Source of the DNA: Trueperaceae bacterium
Lineage (GTDB): Bacteria > Deinococcota > Deinococci > Deinococcales > Trueperaceae
DNA: 64,000 nucleotides
NCBI GenBank assembly: GCA_965214405.1
Contig: OZ243956.1
Location: 2,176,001-2,240,000, forward strand
Direction of reading: 5' to 3'
Below are positions 59,702-64,000 of this stretch, piece by piece. The notes under the pieces were generated by a model that saw only the letters and a program-made list of their open reading frames with translations, was not told the origin of the DNA and searched no databases. A program made the position numbers and the translations under genes. The first letter of the stretch is position 1. Each line of letters opens with the position of its first letter.

Positions 59702-60594
59702 CTACGGTGCTCGAATCGAAGTTTCGGGCTGGACTTCGGCGAGCAAACGGCGGTTGATAGGGTTCTCCGGCCATCGCACTGGATCGATGTAGCTGTTCTC
59801 TGCGTAAAACCGTCCCGCTTCTGAAGGAGAAACGTCAGGAGAGTCTTTCTGGATGACGGACCACAGCTCGGCAAGTTGCGCGTCCCGAGCCGGACCCTCA
59901 TTTATATTTATCACCCGGTTCGTAATGGTCCAGAACCTTCCGCCGTAACGCTTGAGGAGAGGCTTAGGGTCAACCGCTTGTTCAACCCCGTCATTCGAAA
60001 GCTTGACAAAGCTCATACGCTCTACCGTAGCACTCGGTTTATAGGTGAACGTCGGATAGGCGGCAAGAGGCCACACGTTCTCTACTTGGTCACAGCGCCC
60101 AACAAAAAGGGTGAAACCAAAAAATCTCGCGGAAGTGAACTGAACTCGACGGCTCGAGCCTCCCGGAGCACGAAAATAATAAGCGACGGGAAGAAAACGA
60201 TCCTGAAGATTTCCAGGTTGATGGGGCGCGACGTCTCATTGAAATAACGCGCCAAGAGGCGTGCGAGCCGCGCGAAAAGGAAAGACAGGACCGCGCCGTA
60301 CCCCAAGATGAGCGCCAGGAGCCAGAACCTGAAAAGCATGGCCGCCCGTGCCTGGTAGTACGCCAGGTCCCGAAAGTGGGAGGCGTAGCTGCGGTGTTGT
60401 TTCACGAGCTCGTTGATTGGCCCCCAGGACCGCCCCTCAAAGGCTGCCCTGACCAGCGGGGAGGCGAAAGCCACGTATAGGGCGACACTTACCGCGGCCA
60501 GAAGGACGAAAAGCCCTGTAATGATGAAAAGTGTAAGACGCCGCGCTTTGGCTGCCTTCGTCATGACGAGTACCCTTCCGGCGGCAGAAACCAC
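59702..60594 (-). pseudogene. Fragmented membrane-protein gene (possibly HTTM-like)
   Basis: Two adjacent out-of-frame ORFs (..PINLEIFRIV.. and WPLAAYPTF..) that join with one frameshift near 60082. Confidence 0.45.
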
Positions 60595-61023
60595 CTATCC
60601 GGTCCCCTACCGCGTTGAGTTCGCCATCTTGCCACCACCGTTACTGTAAGATTTTTACTTTCATAGGCATGTGCAACGGTCATAGCTCTTCGCGTGGTTC
60701 TTGAACCTCACCTACTATTCGGAGTGCGGGGTGCGGCGCGTATTTTTGAGAGCTTTGAAAAGCGCAGGCGTTTATCTGGAGGCGCACAATTTGGTGAGGT
60801 TGCCGTACCCAAACAGAAGTCTAGAACGCGAAGCCGGTTCTGATGCTCATAGTTCTGATGCTCGTAAATAGATAGCGGTTTTCAGCGACGTTAAGCAAAC
60901 CCGACGCGGGTATCCCCCTCAAACTTTGTCCTAGACAGTAACGTGCGGGCGGAACCCCACTCGCGCTAGATACCTGCTGTGAAAGTTTCAAGAACATCCA
61001 GCCGAGCATTTTTTGGCAAACAT

Positions 61024-61053
61024 AAAAGAGAGCTTGGTATCAAGCCCTCTTTT
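61024..61053. terminator. Bidirectional-type terminator after the large lipoprotein gene
   Basis: AAAAGAGAGCTTG/CAAGCCCTCTTTT. Confidence 0.7.
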
Positions 61054-61080
61054 GTCCTTGTTGCTTGTAGTGACTAGATG

Positions 61081-63753
61081 CTACCGCTGCTGCGAGGAAA
61101 AGCTCGAGTTCCCCTCTCCGCTCGACCTACGCCGCCATTCGTCAAGCGTGACCCCGCCATTTCCAAAACCGTAGCCCTCATTTTTGAATACCAGCTTGTT
61201 GTCCGTGTGGGCGTAGAAGTTGTGGTCAAACGACGAAGAACTGTAGAGTTTTCTCGCGTTATCCGAGGTTGCCGCAAACCTCCACAGCAGCTGATCACCC
61301 TTGCCCTGAATGACGTTATATTTGAACGACCATTTCTCGGGCAACAAGGTGTAAGCGTGACCAGTCTCGAAGTCCGAATAGCTTCTCGGACCCTGCCACA
61401 CATAGATTTGCTCGTCTTTATTGTTTTCAACCGTGTTTTTCTCGAAGGTCAAGTTCTGTGTGCCGTTGACTTCGAGGCCACCTCGGCCGTTGTTACACAG
61501 GGTGCTGTTGGTGATCTTGATGGGGCCGACGCTCGCCTCGAGCTTGAGGCCGTAGGCGGAGTTGTCGCAGGCGTAGAGTCCGTCAATAACCACATCGGTC
61601 ATGTCAGTGTCGAGCCAGAGCCCATGAGAGTAGTTGCCTACGGCCTTGTGGTTTAAGATGGTGAGGCCGCGCGCGAGGAAGAATTTGTTGTCGTCGCCGT
61701 CGTACGCGCCCGTCCGGCCCCGCTTCTCGCGCCAGTTGTTGTACGAATCCTCGGTATTTTCCCAGCGCAAGTTGCGCGTCTTCCACGCGTCGATGTCGCC
61801 GCCGTTGTTGGTCCAGACAGTGTTGCGGAAGGTAAGGTCCTCAGCGAGCGAGAGGTGGAAGCTGCGGTGGCCGTTCCACTGAACCTTTACGTCCTCGAGC
61901 AGCACGTCCTTTTGGGTCTGAATATGCACCGCCACGGAGACGGAGTGCTGAAACACCAGTCCTTTGAGCACCAGGTCATCGAGTCTGGGGGTCGAAAACA
62001 GCTTTTCACGGACGGCCACTTCGACGGTCGCGCTGGAGAGGTCAGCGCCGCGGGGGGGCTTGACGAAAATCTTGTCGGCGCCTTCATCCACGTAGAACGA
62101 GCCGTCGCTGAGGTCCGACTTGGACAGCGTCTGGTCCAGGTTCTTACCGTTGACCAGAACCATTTCACGCCTGCGGGAGAGCATGGTTTTGCTGCTGTCC
62201 TTCGTTCCTTCAAAGCCCCAATTGTAGGGCCAGCGGTGGCTGCACACGCCCGAGGAGCAGCTCCAGTCCGTCCACACCTCCGAGCCGGAGACGATGGCCT
62301 CGCCCGGGACGACGGATTCAAAGACGATGAGGGGGCCGCTGCTGGCGTAGTAGCGGTCGATACTTTCGCGGTAGGTGCCGGGGTAGACCAGCACGCGCGT
62401 ACCGCGGTTCTTGCTGCGGTTGCTAAGCGCGCGCTTGAAGCCTTCATTAAGCGTCTTTAGGGGCTTATCCGCGGTGCCGGGGTTGCTGTCGGAGCCACGG
62501 TTGATGTCGACGTGGATCTGCTCGAGGTTGTCATATCTGGATGAAGGGGCGGGCGTGACGTTGGCGGCGCTCCCCGGGACGACCGTAAAGGTGAGCGTCA
62601 AGGACGCACCGGCGCTGCCTTTGGCGTAGTTTTCCGAGTAGGGCGTCGCTACCAGTTTATGAGTGCCGACGCTCGGCGTCCACGCCTTGAACTTGTCGCC
62701 CGTGTCACCCGCCACGGCGTAGGGCACGCTGCTCTCAACCCTCACGTTGCCGTCTAGGTCGAAACGGACGCTCTCGGCCCCCGCGGCGTTGGCGCGGATG
62801 TTGAGGTTCTGCGTCTTTAGCGCCTTGAAGTCGAGGATCGCGCCGTCGGGGATGGGGTCGAAACCTGCTATGGGCTGGTTTGTGTCCGCGTTGATAAGAG
62901 AAAGCGTGAGCGATGAGGGCGCGCTCCCGCTCGCCTTGTCGCCAACTGTAAAGGACGCGCTGACCGCCTGCTGTCCCTTGCTTGTGGAAAAGACCGCCGT
63001 GATGGTGTGTTTGCCGCTACTCAGCTTGCGTGTGTCAAAGGCGTTGGCCTCGCCGCTCTGGGCTGTGCCCGCGAAGTCAAAAAATGCGTATCTCTCGCTC
63101 TGCTGTGGCGTGCCGGAACGCTTGGGGTTGTCGAGGTAGTATTCAACTTGTGAAGCAGGCGCTTGCGGCACCAGATAAATGTAAGCGTTCCCCGCAACCG
63201 TCCGGCCCTCGAGCGGATTTCCGCCTAAACGAGAGGGCGTATCGCTCACGAGCAGCGCGTCACTCCACTTGCCGCTGTTGTTGACCAAAAAGGTCGAGGT
63301 TGCCACCCGCGTTTTCCCGTCGCTCAGGCTAAACACGCCAGTAACGGTGTGAACACCGTCTTTAAGTTTGGACGTGTCGAGCGCGTTGGCGGCGTCGCCC
63401 GAGGCCCCGGCAAAATCGAAGGGAGCGCTCTGCTCGGTTTGCTGAGGTGCCCCCGAGTGTTGAGGGTTGTCGAAGAAAAAGTCAACCTTCTTGATGCCAC
63501 TGGTTTGCGCGGTGAAAACGTAAATCTTTCCCGACACGACGGCCGTGTCTAGAACGCCCGGCGCCGCGCGGTTGGCGGAGCGACTAAAGACAAAATCCCT
63601 GACGATGGCTTCGGGCTCCACCTCGAGCGGCGCGCTCTGGGTTCCTCCGCACGCAGCGAGAAGAAGGGTCAGAGCTGCCAACAGCGCAAAAAAAGAACTC
63701 AATCTTGCGTTGGTAACCCGGTGAACTTTTTTGTGACCTGATGGGTGTTTCAA
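61081..63753 (-). CDS. Large lipoprotein: three Ig-like repeats plus right-handed beta-helix domain
   Basis: LAAC lipobox; repeated E..APFDFAG...NA.DT.KL..G.HT modules; GSDSNPGT..P.KT, PGTYR and Asn-rich beta-helix. Confidence 0.85.
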   Translation of the reverse strand: MKHPSGHKKVHRVTNARLSSFFALLAALTLLLAACGGTQSAPLEVEPEAIVRDFVFSRSANRAAPGVLDTAVVSGKIYVFTAQTSGIKKVDFFFDNPQHSGAPQQTEQSAPFDFAGASGDAANALDTSKLKDGVHTVTGVFSLSDGKTRVATSTFLVNNSGKWSDALLVSDTPSRLGGNPLEGRTVAGNAYIYLVPQAPASQVEYYLDNPKRSGTPQQSERYAFFDFAGTAQSGEANAFDTRKLSSGKHTITAVFSTSKGQQAVSASFTVGDKASGSAPSSLTLSLINADTNQPIAGFDPIPDGAILDFKALKTQNLNIRANAAGAESVRFDLDGNVRVESSVPYAVAGDTGDKFKAWTPSVGTHKLVATPYSENYAKGSAGASLTLTFTVVPGSAANVTPAPSSRYDNLEQIHVDINRGSDSNPGTADKPLKTLNEGFKRALSNRSKNRGTRVLVYPGTYRESIDRYYASSGPLIVFESVVPGEAIVSGSEVWTDWSCSSGVCSHRWPYNWGFEGTKDSSKTMLSRRREMVLVNGKNLDQTLSKSDLSDGSFYVDEGADKIFVKPPRGADLSSATVEVAVREKLFSTPRLDDLVLKGLVFQHSVSVAVHIQTQKDVLLEDVKVQWNGHRSFHLSLAEDLTFRNTVWTNNGGDIDAWKTRNLRWENTEDSYNNWREKRGRTGAYDGDDNKFFLARGLTILNHKAVGNYSHGLWLDTDMTDVVIDGLYACDNSAYGLKLEASVGPIKITNSTLCNNGRGGLEVNGTQNLTFEKNTVENNKDEQIYVWQGPRSYSDFETGHAYTLLPEKWSFKYNVIQGKGDQLLWRFAATSDNARKLYSSSSFDHNFYAHTDNKLVFKNEGYGFGNGGVTLDEWRRRSSGEGNSSFSSQQR

Positions 63754-63858
63754 CTTGCTCTCTCCTTTACCCCGCTTTGTGAAATTTGACAGGGCTTTTT
63801 CCCGGTCAAGGTGACAACACGGTGCGTTTGGGTGGAGAGTGAACTAAGGACACTCGTA

Positions 63859-63935
63859 CCCTCGGCCGGTTGCGCTACTGGCTCCACCTGTTCCAAGCGC
63901 CCAAATTGCGGAACAGGTTTCATAGCCTCCGAGGG
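63859..63935 (-). ncRNA. c-di-GMP-II riboswitch aptamer
   Basis: Minus strand CCCUCGG-AGGCUAUGAA-ACCUGUUCC-..GGGCGCUU-GGAACAGGU-GGAGCCAGUAGCGCAACCGG-CCGAGGG: P1, kink-turn elements, long hairpin, GCGCU/AGCGC pseudoknot. Confidence 0.88.
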
Positions 63936-64000
63936 GCGGGGTTTCCCCTCAGCTAAAGACAGCTTAAAGGGGGATGACGGGTTGGGTTATAAGAAATCTC

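Overview
A GC-rich (roughly 60% by eye) bacterial chromosomal window. It is most consistent with Deinococcota (Truepera/Thermus-like LeuC, sugar ABC, minor-pilin locus, many leaderless promoters); the taxonomy is an inference. Housekeeping genes (pgm/pmm, tpiA, ruvB, leuCD, aroA, cmk, nadK, ppc, recQ) are interleaved with a spore-photoproduct-lyase family gene, a trehalose/maltose-type ABC transporter and a DUF433/DUF5615 TA pair. The window also holds a type IV minor pilin/ComZ-like operon facing a GT2/flippase/GT-C glycosylation locus, one IS5-family element with clean ends, a Wzx/Wzy-type polysaccharide cluster, two decayed genes and two paralogous beta-helix lipoproteins. Most notable: (1) an ExbB-ExbD motor operon whose third gene has a TonB/TolA-type SxxxH anchor and a very long Pro-rich repeat stalk but ends in a DUF3048 (YerB-like) domain instead of TonB-C; (2) a leaderless Leu-rich leader peptide with attenuator hairpins before leuC; (3) a c-di-GMP-II riboswitch before the large beta-helix lipoprotein; (4) strong over-representation of the palindrome CTCGAG (about 130 copies counted by eye); (5) a PRTase-HAD fusion in the polysaccharide locus; (6) a degenerate attC-like site. 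All family calls come from motif recognition, not database searches.
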